The notes under the pieces are model-generated. The model worked only from the letters and a program-made list of their open reading frames with translations, made no database searches and was not told the DNA's origin. 64,000 nucleotides of DNA from Smithella sp. GTDB taxonomy: Bacteria; Desulfobacterota; Syntrophia; Syntrophales; Smithellaceae. The DNA is taken from positions 22,552 through 86,551 of the forward strand of contig JBDKUX010000154.1 of NCBI GenBank assembly GCA_039679455.1, in the 5' to 3' direction. Below are positions 1-9,948 of this stretch, in pieces (the first letter of the stretch is position 1; each line of letters starts with the position of its first letter). The translations under genes and the position numbers were made by a program.

Positions 1-56
1 GGATCAAAGGAACCGGGATAAACTGCAATCCTGTTGTTAAATTTGTCTTGTGTCAT
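1..56 (-). CDS. coaD: phosphopantetheine adenylyltransferase, N-terminal fragment (gene runs off the left edge)
   Basis: The reverse complement of 1-56 reads ATG ACA CAA GAC AAA TTT AAC AAC AGG ATT GCA GTT TAT CCC GGT TCC TTT GAT CC. This translates to MTQDKFNNRIAVYPGSFD(P), the canonical CoaD N-terminal nucleotide-binding motif. The start overlaps the rsmD 3' end, matching the usual rsmD-coaD order. It is absent from the ORF track because it is truncated. Confidence 0.75.
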   Translation of the reverse strand, partial: MTQDKFNNRIAVYPGSFD

Positions 57-609
57 GAGCGCTCCATTTTAAAAAAGTCAGGGCGTTGTCGCCATATTTT
101 CTCTGATCTGTGAGAATTAGTTTTTCATCTAACAATGATTCCACATCCTCCCTTGTCGAATGCTGAATCACTACTATGGCCTCTTCCGTAAAAACCGGTT
201 TTTCTTTCAATAACTTTATCGCAACTTCCACCAAGCCCCGGTTATAAGGGGGGTCAGCGAAAACAATATCAAACTTATTTTTATTTTTAAAAAGATCACT
301 TAGTCCTGCTCTGACATCTCTGGCGATAATCCGGCAAATATTATCAAGATTGCAGGCGATAACATTTTTTTGGGCAACCGCTGCAATTGTCTTATCTTTT
401 TCTATAAGGACGATTTCTTTTGCCCCACGGCTGGCAGCTTCTATCCCTACACTTCCCGAACCGGCAAAAAGATCAAGAAATGATTTATCCGTAACTGAGC
501 CCAGGATATTAAAAAGATTTTCCCGCAAAAAATCGGAAGTTGGTCTTTCTCTTGATGCAGATGGAAACTGTATTGTCCTACCCTTGGCCTTACCTCCAAC
601 AACCCTCAT
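37..609 (-). CDS. rsmD: 16S rRNA (guanine966-N2)-methyltransferase RsmD
   Basis: 190-aa ORF starting MRVVGGKAKGR. It has the SAM-binding motif DLFAGSGSVGIEA and the catalytic DPPY motif, and lies upstream of coaD. Confidence 0.85.
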   Translation of the reverse strand: MRVVGGKAKGRTIQFPSASRERPTSDFLRENLFNILGSVTDKSFLDLFAGSGSVGIEAASRGAKEIVLIEKDKTIAAVAQKNVIACNLDNICRIIARDVRAGLSDLFKNKNKFDIVFADPPYNRGLVEVAIKLLKEKPVFTEEAIVVIQHSTREDVESLLDEKLILTDQRKYGDNALTFLKWSAHDTRQI

Positions 610-635
610 AATTTTAATAAAATATTTTCAGGATT

Positions 636-1433
636 TTACTTCTCAGCTTCCTGCTGCTCCTGCTCCTGTTCATTTGTCTTCTTTTCCCGGGCTTTTTGCA
701 CCAATTGTCTTCTGAACTTTATCACCCACCAGATCGGCCCGGAAATTACGTATGCCGCCATTAAAACAAAAGGCATGATCTCTTTTTCCGCATATATAAC
801 AATTAAGAGAATAACCAGCAATAAAAAAGACATGAATGGTTTACGGGCGAAAAGCTTCATATCTTTGCCGCTGTAATATTTAACATTACTGACCATCAGC
901 AGCGATAGGATAATGACAAAGAATAAAACGCAGAGATTTTCAAATTTCCCTTCAACGCCGAGATAATGGAAAAAAATCACTGTTGTGGAGACAAATGCCG
1001 CCGCAGCGGGAATCGGCAAACCATTAAAGACCTTGCTTTCGATAATGCCTATCTGGATATTAAAACGGGCCAGTCGCAACGCCCCGCAAAGGACAAACAT
1101 AAACGCCGCAATCCATCCCCATCGCCCGAAGAATGACATTGACCATATATACGCCAGGAGCGACGGAGCAACACCGAAGGCCACCAGGTCGGCCAGGGAA
1201 TCGTATTCGGCGCCGAATTTACTGGTGGTATTGGTCATTCGGGCAATTCGTCCATCCAGACTGTCCAGGACAAGCGAGACTAAAATGGCGGCTGCAGCTA
1301 CTGTAAATTTCTCTTGCAGAGAAGAAATTATCGAATAAAAACCGGCAAACAGAGATGCAGTGGTAAAGAGATTCGGTAAAACGTAAATTCCTTTTTTAAT
1401 GCGGATTTTTTTTAGCGGCGTCTCATCATTCAT
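636..1433 (-). CDS. pssA: CDP-diacylglycerol--serine O-phosphatidyltransferase
   Basis: Carries the CDP-alcohol phosphatidyltransferase motif DSLDGRIAR...GAEYDSLADLV and multiple hydrophobic segments. It sits immediately downstream of psd. Confidence 0.85.
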   Translation of the reverse strand: MNDETPLKKIRIKKGIYVLPNLFTTASLFAGFYSIISSLQEKFTVAAAAILVSLVLDSLDGRIARMTNTTSKFGAEYDSLADLVAFGVAPSLLAYIWSMSFFGRWGWIAAFMFVLCGALRLARFNIQIGIIESKVFNGLPIPAAAAFVSTTVIFFHYLGVEGKFENLCVLFFVIILSLLMVSNVKYYSGKDMKLFARKPFMSFLLLVILLIVIYAEKEIMPFVLMAAYVISGPIWWVIKFRRQLVQKAREKKTNEQEQEQQEAEK

Positions 1434-1460
1434 GCTGGTCTCTTTTTTTTAAGCCATGTA

Positions 1461-2102
1461 TTACGGCAAATATCCCAAAGGAGTTTCACCCGCCTTGACC
1501 TTTTCACCAATCACAGCGGTTATACGGGAATCTTCCGGCAAATAAACATCAACCCGGGATCCAAAGCGAATCAGACCGAACCTCTCTCCTTTTTTAATTT
1601 CATCTCCCACTTTAACCCAACAAACAATCCGGCGGGCAATAAGACCGGCAATCTGCACTACCCAGATCAAAGATCCATTGTCAGTAAGAATTTGTATTGC
1701 ATTGCGTTCATTGTCACTGGAGGCTTTATCCAGATTGGCGGAAAGAAATTTCCCCTCGTAATAATTAATTGCTGCAATTTTCCCGCCATAGGGAACACGG
1801 TTTACATGGACATTAAAGACATTCATAAAAATGCTTATCTTTTTGAATTTTCCGGCTATGGCGTCATTCATTTCGACACTTTCCACCTTAATCACTTTGC
1901 CGTCGGCAGGTGAAATGACAACCTTTTCTTTTTCCAAAAAACGGCGTTCGGGATTACGAAAAAACCAAATGACAAAAAAAAGGATTAAGGCGGATGAAAC
2001 CAAAAGCCAGCATAAACCCAAAAAAGCAATAAATATTGTTATAATAAGAGAGAATATAATGAAGGGATAACCTTCCTGGGCAATGATGCTGTCATGTTTC
2101 AT
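1461..2102 (-). CDS. psd: phosphatidylserine decarboxylase proenzyme (short type)
   Basis: Has the C-terminal RFGSRVDVYLP self-cleavage (G-S) region and N-terminal TM segments, and pairs with pssA. The track start at 2162 is TTG, so I prefer the first ATG at 2102 (MKHDSIIAQEGYP). Confidence 0.8.
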   Translation of the reverse strand: MKHDSIIAQEGYPFIIFSLIITIFIAFLGLCWLLVSSALILFFVIWFFRNPERRFLEKEKVVISPADGKVIKVESVEMNDAIAGKFKKISIFMNVFNVHVNRVPYGGKIAAINYYEGKFLSANLDKASSDNERNAIQILTDNGSLIWVVQIAGLIARRIVCWVKVGDEIKKGERFGLIRFGSRVDVYLPEDSRITAVIGEKVKAGETPLGYLP

Positions 2103-2284
2103 AAAGTTATAATCTTTCTCGAAATAAGGGGCTTGTGTATTATAATTAGATAAGCTTGTCAATATATCTTTGGTCTCGACAATTATCTTATGAAATTATT
2201 AACTTATAAAGAATTTACACTGATTGACTCTTAGTCTCCCTGTCTATATAATAAGTAAAAATATTATTATTTCTCTTGGATAAC

Positions 2285-3754
2285 ATGCACATGTCTAAAA
2301 TCAGATGGTACTATGTATGGGGTGCTTTCTTTACGCTCGTCTTTTTTTCTCTTTTAACCATTCGTCTGGGAATTTTTCAGAAGAATCATGATCCAATGCC
2401 GATGGTTCCGGTTACTGCAGGTGAACGTTCCTCTGAAAGCTGGATGAACATATATCAAAACAATAAAAAGATCGGCGTCTCCCACCGGACTTTTTCAGTT
2501 CGTGATAAAGGTTTCAGTATCGGTGAGAATGTATCCATGCAAATAAATACCATGGGAGTAACGCAGGTGCTTAACATCTCCACTAATAGCGATCTTAACA
2601 CCGACATGACAGTTTCCTCTTTTAATTTTGATATAACTTCCAGCCTTTTTCGTTTTAATGCCCATGGTTTTGTGGTCAAAAACAGACTAATGCTTTTTAC
2701 CGGCCTGCCCGGCGCCCAACAGAAAATCGAAATTCCCCTCAAGGAGATACCTCGTATCAGCGGCAACATTTACGACGCCGCATTCCGTTTAAGTCTCGAA
2801 AAGGATATGACACATATTTTCAGCATTTTTGATCCCTCCACTTTGTCTCTGCGCTCTATCCAGGTCACCCGCCATGCTGATGAAATCATTTCCATCATGG
2901 GTAAACGAATTCTGGCTAAAAAATACTGCGCCGATTTTATGGGTGCACAAAATTGCGCGTGGCTGGGTAACAATGGAGATACTTTAAAAGAAACCGGCAT
3001 CCTGGGTCTTTCACTGGAAAAAGTGAGTCCGGAAAAAGCAAAAGAAGGAATATCGAAAGAAGACAAGATTGATTTTACGCAGGTTGCCTCCATACCGGCC
3101 AATGTCATCATTGATAATCCGCAAAAATTAAGCCGGATCAAAATTCAAATCGGCGCTGTCCGCAACATTCCGCTTCATCTTCATGGCGACAGGCAAAATT
3201 TCCGCAACGACGTTTTAACAATTATCAGGGAACAACCATCGGCGTTGCAACCGGCGGGCAATGACATACCAAGGGATGTAGCCGTTTTTCTCCAGGCCAC
3301 ACCTCTGGTGCAGGCCAACCATCCGGATATTAAAGCGCAGGTGGATAAGATTGTTGACCCCTCTGACTCGCCCGAACAAAAAGCAAAAAAAATAGTCGAC
3401 TGGGTATATCGCCACATTGAAAAGAAACCTGTTTTGTCCGTGCCGAACGCGCTGGAAGTTTTGTTAAACAAAGCCGGTGATTGTAATGAGCATGCCGTCC
3501 TGGTTGCCGCCTTTCTGAGAACTGCGGGCATTCCTGCCCAAATAGAATCAGGACTTGTATACCTCTCCGGACGATTTTATTATCATGCCTGGAACAGCGT
3601 TTACCTGGGAAAATGGATTACTGCCGATGCGATTTTCAATCAGTTCCCTACCGATGTAACTCATATCCGGCTCATCCGTGGCGAAGCAAACAAACAATTG
3701 GACTTAATAGGAGTAATGGGAAAAATAAAACTGGAGATACTGGAGCGTCAATAA
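2285..3754 (+). CDS. membrane-anchored transglutaminase-like domain protein
   Basis: N-terminal TM helix (YYVWGAFFTLVFFSLLTI) and a C-terminal transglutaminase-like core, GDCNEHAVLVAAFLR...YYHAWN...D. The track start at 2276 is TTG; ATG codons occur at 2285 and 2291. Confidence 0.75.
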   Translation: MHMSKIRWYYVWGAFFTLVFFSLLTIRLGIFQKNHDPMPMVPVTAGERSSESWMNIYQNNKKIGVSHRTFSVRDKGFSIGENVSMQINTMGVTQVLNISTNSDLNTDMTVSSFNFDITSSLFRFNAHGFVVKNRLMLFTGLPGAQQKIEIPLKEIPRISGNIYDAAFRLSLEKDMTHIFSIFDPSTLSLRSIQVTRHADEIISIMGKRILAKKYCADFMGAQNCAWLGNNGDTLKETGILGLSLEKVSPEKAKEGISKEDKIDFTQVASIPANVIIDNPQKLSRIKIQIGAVRNIPLHLHGDRQNFRNDVLTIIREQPSALQPAGNDIPRDVAVFLQATPLVQANHPDIKAQVDKIVDPSDSPEQKAKKIVDWVYRHIEKKPVLSVPNALEVLLNKAGDCNEHAVLVAAFLRTAGIPAQIESGLVYLSGRFYYHAWNSVYLGKWITADAIFNQFPTDVTHIRLIRGEANKQLDLIGVMGKIKLEILERQ

Positions 3755-4488
3755 TGATTCAACTGATTGATCTGACAAAAGAATACGGCCTCACCATCGC
3801 CGTCAACAAGCTCAACCTTAATGTTTCCCCCGGAGAAATTTACGGTTTCATCGGTCCCAACGGCGCCGGTAAAACCACAACTATCCGGATGATGGGAGGA
3901 ATTCTGGCACCAACAGCAGGCCGCATTATCATCGGCGGCATTGACATGGTCCGTAACCCCATCGCGGCCAAAAAACTTATTGGTTTTGTTCCGGACAGGC
4001 CGTTTCTTTACGAAAAGCTCACCGGCATAGAGTTCCTGCACTTTTCAGCAGACTTATATGATGTCAATGCGGAAACATTTCAGAAAAAAGCGGAAGAACT
4101 GCTGCGCCGTTTCTCTCTTTGGGATTGGGCGGATGAAATAATCGAGGCGTACTCCCACGGCATGAAGCAAAGGCTGATTATTGCGGCGGCGCTGCTTCAT
4201 GATCCGCAAATACTGATTATTGATGAACCGATGGTCGGCCTTGATCCGGCGGCCGTGCACATGGTTAAGGATATCTTTAAAGAGCTGTCGCACCGGCAAA
4301 CAACCATCTTTGTCTCCACGCACACTCTGAGCATAGCGGAAGATTTATGCCATAGAATCGGCGTAATTAATAAAGGGATGCTGCTGGCCCAGGGTGATGT
4401 CCATGAATTACGTAGTATTGCCAAGCTTGGTGAAGCGAGGCTGGAAGAAGTATTTCTGACATTAATTAAAGAAGATACTTTTATATGA
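3754..4488 (+). CDS. ABC transporter ATP-binding protein
   Basis: Walker A GPNGAGKTT, signature region SHGMKQRL and Walker B ILIIDEP. The ATG at 3754 overlaps the upstream stop (TAATG) and gives the typical N-terminus MIQLIDLTKEYG. The track start at 3613 is an upstream extension. Confidence 0.9.
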   Translation: MIQLIDLTKEYGLTIAVNKLNLNVSPGEIYGFIGPNGAGKTTTIRMMGGILAPTAGRIIIGGIDMVRNPIAAKKLIGFVPDRPFLYEKLTGIEFLHFSADLYDVNAETFQKKAEELLRRFSLWDWADEIIEAYSHGMKQRLIIAAALLHDPQILIIDEPMVGLDPAAVHMVKDIFKELSHRQTTIFVSTHTLSIAEDLCHRIGVINKGMLLAQGDVHELRSIAKLGEARLEEVFLTLIKEDTFI

Positions 4489-6185
4489 GAACAATTTACC
4501 CGTTATTAAAGCCCCGTTTCCTGTCTGCTTTCAATAACATGCGGAAAAGCAATAAAAACAGTTTCCGGATCAGGTTTCTCATTTTCAGCGCCATCGGCCT
4601 TATTTTCTGGAGCGGCACATTTCTGACCTGCTACCGCATTCTGCTTTATTTTCAAAGCGTACAGGACTTCGGAAACATTCTGGCCATGAAACTTCTTTCC
4701 ATGGCGATTATGACTTTCTTTGCGCTGCTTATTTTCAGCAATATTATCAACATACTTTCTCATCTGTACCTGAGCCGGGACTTGCAGCTTTTACACTCTC
4801 TGCCTGTCGGCGCCGGAGATCTTTTCTTCTCGCGCTGGCTTATCAGCACCTTTGACAGTTCCTGGATGGTCGTTCTCTTCAGTCTCCCGGTCTTCCTTTC
4901 TTACGGAATCATTTATAAAGCGGGCATCTTCTTTTACCTCATTGCGGTACTGTCCATAATACTCATGTGTCTTATCACTTCCGCGCTTAGCGGCATTCTT
5001 GTCTTATTTGGCGCAAAAATCCTGCCCGCGGGCCGTATCCGGACAGTCTTCATTATTCTTGGTATTACATTAGTCCTGATGCTTGTTCTTGCTTTACGTT
5101 TGACAAGACCGGAGCAGCTGGTCAACCCGGACAGTTTCGCCTCCGCCGTACTTTATCTGAATTCAATGCAAACTCCCGATTTTCCTCTTTTGCCCACTAC
5201 CTGGATTACCGATGCCGTTAGGAACGCCCTTAACAATAAGTTCAAAAGTTCTCTTTTTGATATAGCCCTTACCGGAAGCTGCGCCTTCACTCTTATTTTC
5301 TTTGCCGGTATCATTGCCCGGAAGACATATTTTCCAGGTTTTTCCAAATCGCAAACAACCCCCGGACGACTTTTCACCCCGGCAAAAAATCAGGGGCTGC
5401 ACTGGGAAAATCTATTTAACTTTCTCTCCCGTACGGCAAAAGCTTTTGCCGTCAAAGAAATCCGGACTTTTTTCCGGGACTCAACACAATGGCCGCAACT
5501 ATTTCTTATGGGTGCTTTAATTGTAATTTATCTTTATAATTTTTCAGTTTTACCTCTAGATAAAGCACCGATAAAAACGATCTATCTGCAAAATTTATTT
5601 TCCTTTCTTAACATGGGGCTGGCTGCGTTTGTTCTTTCGGCGATTGCCGCCCGTTTCGTCTTTCCGGCGGTAAGCATGGAAGGAGCTGCTTTCTGGATCA
5701 TCCGGGCAGCTCCGGTATCTTTGAAAACATTTCTTTGGATTAAATTTTTCGTTTATTACATTCCATTAATATTACTCGCGGAACTGCTCGTTGTCTGTTC
5801 CAATCTGATGCTGCAGGTTTCTTTTTTCATGATGGCCTTATCGATATTAACAATATTCTGCCTCGTCCCTGCCGTGGTGGCCATGGGAATCGGATTGGGT
5901 GCAATATATCCTGATTTCCAGTCCGAAAATCCCGCCCAGACGGTAACAAGCTTTGGCGGCCTGCTTTTCATGATTCTTTCTCTGGCTTTAATAGCCGTGG
6001 TCATAATTCTCGAAGCCGGACCAGTTTATTACATTTTTGTGTCCGGAATGCGCCATCAAAGCCTTACAACCTGGCAGATGGCGTGGTTTGCCGGTTCTTT
6101 TACCATCGCCCTGTTCCTCTGCATATTTGTAGTCGCTTATCCCATGCGCCTGGGTGAAAAAAACCTGCAGAATATGCAAAGATGA
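4485..6185 (+). CDS. polytopic membrane protein, putative ABC exporter permease
   Basis: 566 aa with many hydrophobic segments. Its start overlaps the ATPase stop (ATGA). The role is inferred from this coupling to the ATPase. Confidence 0.65.
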   Translation: MRTIYPLLKPRFLSAFNNMRKSNKNSFRIRFLIFSAIGLIFWSGTFLTCYRILLYFQSVQDFGNILAMKLLSMAIMTFFALLIFSNIINILSHLYLSRDLQLLHSLPVGAGDLFFSRWLISTFDSSWMVVLFSLPVFLSYGIIYKAGIFFYLIAVLSIILMCLITSALSGILVLFGAKILPAGRIRTVFIILGITLVLMLVLALRLTRPEQLVNPDSFASAVLYLNSMQTPDFPLLPTTWITDAVRNALNNKFKSSLFDIALTGSCAFTLIFFAGIIARKTYFPGFSKSQTTPGRLFTPAKNQGLHWENLFNFLSRTAKAFAVKEIRTFFRDSTQWPQLFLMGALIVIYLYNFSVLPLDKAPIKTIYLQNLFSFLNMGLAAFVLSAIAARFVFPAVSMEGAAFWIIRAAPVSLKTFLWIKFFVYYIPLILLAELLVVCSNLMLQVSFFMMALSILTIFCLVPAVVAMGIGLGAIYPDFQSENPAQTVTSFGGLLFMILSLALIAVVIILEAGPVYYIFVSGMRHQSLTTWQMAWFAGSFTIALFLCIFVVAYPMRLGEKNLQNMQR

Positions 6186-6294
6186 TTTAATTTTCCACCT
6201 TTTAAATGGCATGTTAATTGAGCGGATTTGCCAATATTTTCCCTTTGGTTCTTTGCAGCCGTCGGCATGGACATTTTTGTTTTCTCTAAAGGAT

Positions 6295-6933
6295 TTATTT
6301 CTTCTGTATGTCGTTTTCGGAATCCCTTAGATCGGTGGAAGTTACGTGAAAGGAGGCTTCCATAGGGGACTGGTTCACCACCCATTGATTCAACAGTTTT
6401 TGATGATTTTCAAGGCGTTCCTTTAGACGGCTTTCGATAGGGCCATTAGGTAACTGACGGGCAAGGGAGGCGATTTCTGCTTGCGAGGTTTGTAATTCCA
6501 TAATCCGGTTTCCAATGGCACCGAGCATTTGATTAATCATTTTTGCTTCAGTTTTCAAGAAATCATTACGCCGCAGATAAACATTGCGTGTAGCGTCACC
6601 TTGCGCCAGCGTTTCGAAGGTATGCATCATATTTACCAGCGGTCCGCATAGTCTGTGAGAAAATACAATATAATAAACAATTGAAATTACAATGATCATT
6701 ATTATCATAATGCCGCCCCGATCAAGCAGGCGCAATAACGCTTCCGCTGATGCATATCGAATCCATAAAGAATCAGCCATCTTCAGATCATGATAAAAGG
6801 TTGATAGCAAAACGAAACAGAAAGTAAGTATCATCATTATCAGGAAAAATAGATTCGCCAGAACCAGGCGAAGCTGAAAGCTGGAATGGGTCAAAAGATG
6901 ACTCCACTTTCTGCGATTGACATTTGTTCCCAT
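6295..6933 (-). CDS. membrane protein with HAMP-like linker and coiled coil
   Basis: Two TM segments followed by a HAMP-like stretch (HRLCGPLVNMMHTFETLAQGDATRNVYLRRNDFLKTEAKMINQM). The ATG is preceded by GGAGGG. It is the last gene of the pseudopilin/HD-GYP operon. Confidence 0.6.
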   Translation of the reverse strand: MGTNVNRRKWSHLLTHSSFQLRLVLANLFFLIMMILTFCFVLLSTFYHDLKMADSLWIRYASAEALLRLLDRGGIMIIMIIVISIVYYIVFSHRLCGPLVNMMHTFETLAQGDATRNVYLRRNDFLKTEAKMINQMLGAIGNRIMELQTSQAEIASLARQLPNGPIESRLKERLENHQKLLNQWVVNQSPMEASFHVTSTDLRDSENDIQKK

Positions 6934-6982
6934 AACAAGCCCTCCCTCTTTATCAAAATCCGCGATCCATTTTTTACCAGAC

Positions 6983-7369
6983 TCAGGGCAACGATGCGCG
7001 TTTCCAGTTTATCGCTGGCTGGTTTTCAAACCATAGAGAATTCCTATCATTATTTGAATAGACCAGGCTCAAGGTTAATGTTGTTTGATTGGTATCCCTA
7101 TATTTAATTCTAACAATTTGTTGCGAATCCTTCTCTATTTGAGTTATTTCTTGAATAACACCAATTTCGGTGTTCTGTTCTTTATTCCCAAAGATGACTT
7201 GTTTCGCTTCTATCTTCATGAAACAATGCTGATAGTTTTCATGATCGCTTTCCCATTTTCCAATCACTTGTTCAGGCATTTGTGAACCTGTGCAGGCTGG
7301 AAAAACAGCCAAACACAGCAGGAGCAACCACCAGCCCCGCAACAGCTTATAATTGTCATGCGTTTTCAT
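6983..7369 (-). CDS. small lipoprotein, unknown function
   Basis: Signal peptide with a lipobox (LLLLCLAVFPAC). The ATG overlaps the HD-GYP stop (ATGA at 7366-7369). Confidence 0.6.
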   Translation of the reverse strand: MKTHDNYKLLRGWWLLLLCLAVFPACTGSQMPEQVIGKWESDHENYQHCFMKIEAKQVIFGNKEQNTEIGVIQEITQIEKDSQQIVRIKYRDTNQTTLTLSLVYSNNDRNSLWFENQPAINWKRASLP

Positions 7370-9483
7370 ACGTTTTTTCCTTTTAGTGTCATCATGTTAA
7401 GAAACACTTCAACCACCTCGGGAGCAAATTGCCGGCCGGCCTCTTGTCTGATAATCTGCATGACCTTATCTTTATCTAAGCCATTACGGTAAGGCCGGTC
7501 GGAAACCATGGCATCATAGGCATCCGCCAAACTCATAATTCTGGATAATAAATGTATCCGCTCTTTCTCCAACCCGAAAGGATACCCCTTGCCGTCATAT
7601 CGTTCATGATGCTGCTCGATAATCGGGATGATCTCCGCGTATGCCTTGATGGGGCTGAGAATCATCGCACCAATGGAAGGATGATCCTTGATGATCTCAT
7701 ATTCCTCTTTCGTCAACGTTCCATTTTTATCCAATATTTGTGAGGGAATGCTGATTTTCCCGATATCATGCAGCAATCCAGCGCGGCGCAGGTTTTCCTG
7801 GGATGACGCATCCAACCCCATGGCCGCTGCAATGTTTACAGCCAACTCAGTGACGCGCACTGAATGACCGGCCGTCCAGGATGATTTGGCATCTACGGTG
7901 CGCGCCAGTGCATAAAGGGTCCCCAAGTTCAGTTCCTTGAGTTCCCGAACCAAGTTGGAATTGGCAAATGCCACGGCCAAATGATCACAAAATCCACGAA
8001 TTCGTTCAAGTTCTGCAAGGTCGAATTCCTTCTGTTTTCCTACACCCATGCTTACCATGGCAAAAATGCGCTGCTGCAGCCGGATGGGAAATATGTAATA
8101 GCCATATACACCCGGTTGCTGCAATGTGGAGAGGCAGGAGGGAGCATCAGAGCCTGCATCAAACCTCAACCAACGTCGATCATCCTCAATGATGCGGTAT
8201 TCTTCAGGATTTAATTGGAGCGGCACTATAACGGGTTCCTGGTCCGGTTTTCCATTGCTATGGACAAATGAACGGCCTTGAAAGGGTTGATTCGCTTCCA
8301 GCAGGGAAATGGCTATCGGCTGGTTCCCGTAAAGTGTCTTGAAAAGTTTCAAACCGGTCATCACAATCTGCTCAATATCCGAAATGGCTAAAATGGTTTG
8401 ATCCATATTTGCACTTTCCGTCATGATCTGAAATTGAATATCCAACTCATGCGTCATATGATTAAATGCAGCGGCCAGATCATTGAACTCATCACAGGTA
8501 TCGACAACGACACGATGGGAAAACTTACGATCTGCGATAAGACGAGCCCCTTCCATGAGCGACTTAATAGGGTTCAGGCTCCTGTTGATGGCCCATGCAC
8601 TCAATCCGAGTACAATGATAAACGCGAGTACCAGGACAAAATGAAAAATAGTCTGAAAGATATGCAGAGGTTCAAAGACATGCTCTTTGGGCTCCAGTAA
8701 CATCACCATCCACTGGGATACGCCAAAGTGTGGTTTTAAAAACATGGACCAGTGGGCGGCAAAAAAGGAACTGCCTAGGAGGGACACTTCGGTTTGTCCG
8801 CTGGGTCGTCCGTTAATGAGGTGCCACATACGCTCATACCAGACATTCTCAGCCGTCATGGAACTGTATAATTTACCGCCCCGGTCATCCCAAAGGCAAA
8901 CCTCAGTGGAGGCCGGCAAATTGTTGCCTCTTTCCAACCCCCATAAATACTTTGGATTAACCATACCAATGAGGAATTCACCATCGGCCCCAGGATTTCC
9001 CGACCTGTGGATAATAGCCACTGAAGATTGCCCCACGGAATTAGTCCAGGTTACCAGACGGATGTTTTGTTGGGCGGAGACCATTTTGTGGATAGTTTCC
9101 AGGCGGGCGGGCGGCAGCGCGCTCCCCCAGGATGATGATATTTTCATGTTGCGGAACAGCGCCATACCGCTAAACAACTCGGAATTACGATCCCTCAAGG
9201 CTCGCGGCAAATCCGAAAAATTGATACTTTTTTTGCTCACAGATTGGATATCGTGCACCACCTGCAACTGCTGATCGGCCAATAAAAGACGCTCGTAAAT
9301 AGACAAGGCATGTGATTTGGCTGATTGGTGCAGCCTTTCGAAAGCCTGATCCTGGAGTTGCCGGATGACACGGTGATAGGAAATTCCAACCATAGCCAGG
9401 ATGGGGATCAGGGCACAAATGATAAACATAGCGAAAAATCGCCTTGCCAGCTTGCTTTTCAGAATGTTTGAACTTATTGCCAT
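7366..9483 (-). CDS. HD-GYP domain cyclic-di-GMP phosphodiesterase with periplasmic sensor, HAMP and GAF-like regions
   Basis: N-terminal TM, about 250 aa of extracytoplasmic region, a second TM, a HAMP (NPIKSLMEGARLIADRKFSHRV...FNHMTHEL), then a C-terminal HD-GYP domain (GLLHDIGKISIP...HHERYDGKGYP). Confidence 0.85.
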   Translation of the reverse strand: MAISSNILKSKLARRFFAMFIICALIPILAMVGISYHRVIRQLQDQAFERLHQSAKSHALSIYERLLLADQQLQVVHDIQSVSKKSINFSDLPRALRDRNSELFSGMALFRNMKISSSWGSALPPARLETIHKMVSAQQNIRLVTWTNSVGQSSVAIIHRSGNPGADGEFLIGMVNPKYLWGLERGNNLPASTEVCLWDDRGGKLYSSMTAENVWYERMWHLINGRPSGQTEVSLLGSSFFAAHWSMFLKPHFGVSQWMVMLLEPKEHVFEPLHIFQTIFHFVLVLAFIIVLGLSAWAINRSLNPIKSLMEGARLIADRKFSHRVVVDTCDEFNDLAAAFNHMTHELDIQFQIMTESANMDQTILAISDIEQIVMTGLKLFKTLYGNQPIAISLLEANQPFQGRSFVHSNGKPDQEPVIVPLQLNPEEYRIIEDDRRWLRFDAGSDAPSCLSTLQQPGVYGYYIFPIRLQQRIFAMVSMGVGKQKEFDLAELERIRGFCDHLAVAFANSNLVRELKELNLGTLYALARTVDAKSSWTAGHSVRVTELAVNIAAAMGLDASSQENLRRAGLLHDIGKISIPSQILDKNGTLTKEEYEIIKDHPSIGAMILSPIKAYAEIIPIIEQHHERYDGKGYPFGLEKERIHLLSRIMSLADAYDAMVSDRPYRNGLDKDKVMQIIRQEAGRQFAPEVVEVFLNMMTLKGKNV

Positions 9484-9948
9484 TTAATATCCTGCTGCAG
9501 TGCCTATGTATGCGCCGTCATTGGCCCTGATAATATCATCCTGGCTATTCTTGGCGGTTAACGCTAAAGTGCTGACACCATCCGGCCCCATGCTGTACAA
9601 GTCAAAATCGCTGTTGATGGGAACCAAAAAACGATCCTTGCGGGCGCTCCCTGCCACTTTAGGCCCCAGACCGGCTAACTTAATGTATTGATAAGAATTT
9701 CCCCATGGGTCTTTCATATTACTCAAGCCAATATCGGCAAGACTGCCCGGATACACCCCTGTGTCTACGAAATAGCCGGATACAGCTTGATCGATGACCT
9801 TGATTCCGGAAATAGCAACGGCAATCTGCGCTTTTTCACGGTAGTGGATGAAAACAGGTATGGCCACGGCTGCCAAAATAGCTATAACAGCGATAACTAT
9901 CATCAATTCAATCAGTGTAAATCCCTTGGAGTTACTTTGGATTATCAA
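9484..9948 (-). CDS. GspG-like pseudopilin / type IV pilin-like protein
   Basis: Prepilin cleavage/methylation motif KG|FTLIELMIVIAVIAILAAVAIP and a GspG-like region DPWGNSYQY...YSMGPDG...DDI. The maximal ORF reaches the ATG at 10005. A TTG at 9948, preceded by AAGGG, would give a normal 9-aa leader (MIIQSNSKG). The stop abuts the HD-GYP start. Confidence 0.75.
   Translation of the reverse strand: MIIQSNSKGFTLIELMIVIAVIAILAAVAIPVFIHYREKAQIAVAISGIKVIDQAVSGYFVDTGVYPGSLADIGLSNMKDPWGNSYQYIKLAGLGPKVAGSARKDRFLVPINSDFDLYSMGPDGVSTLALTAKNSQDDIIRANDGAYIGTAAGY

Noticed and set aside
3613-3753. N-terminal extensions suggested by the ORF track (3613 for the ABC ATPase; also 60241 for DUF2284, 15256 for the small pre-ligA ORF, 14418 for LapA, 28452 for coaBC, 31776 for hprK, 40907 for xerD)
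   Set aside because: The extensions overlap upstream genes or hairpins and add non-homologous residues. Internal ATGs with SD-like sequences or stop/start overlaps give canonical N-termini.
8687-9274. 195-aa plus-strand ORF antisense to the HD-GYP gene. Similar antisense ORFs occur at 12618-13130, 16161-16799, 24848-25360, 35227-35790, 54477-55022 and 58723-59205.
   Set aside because: All lie entirely inside well-supported genes on the other strand. They have no SD/ATG context or motifs and have biased, implausible compositions. I treat them as frame shadows.
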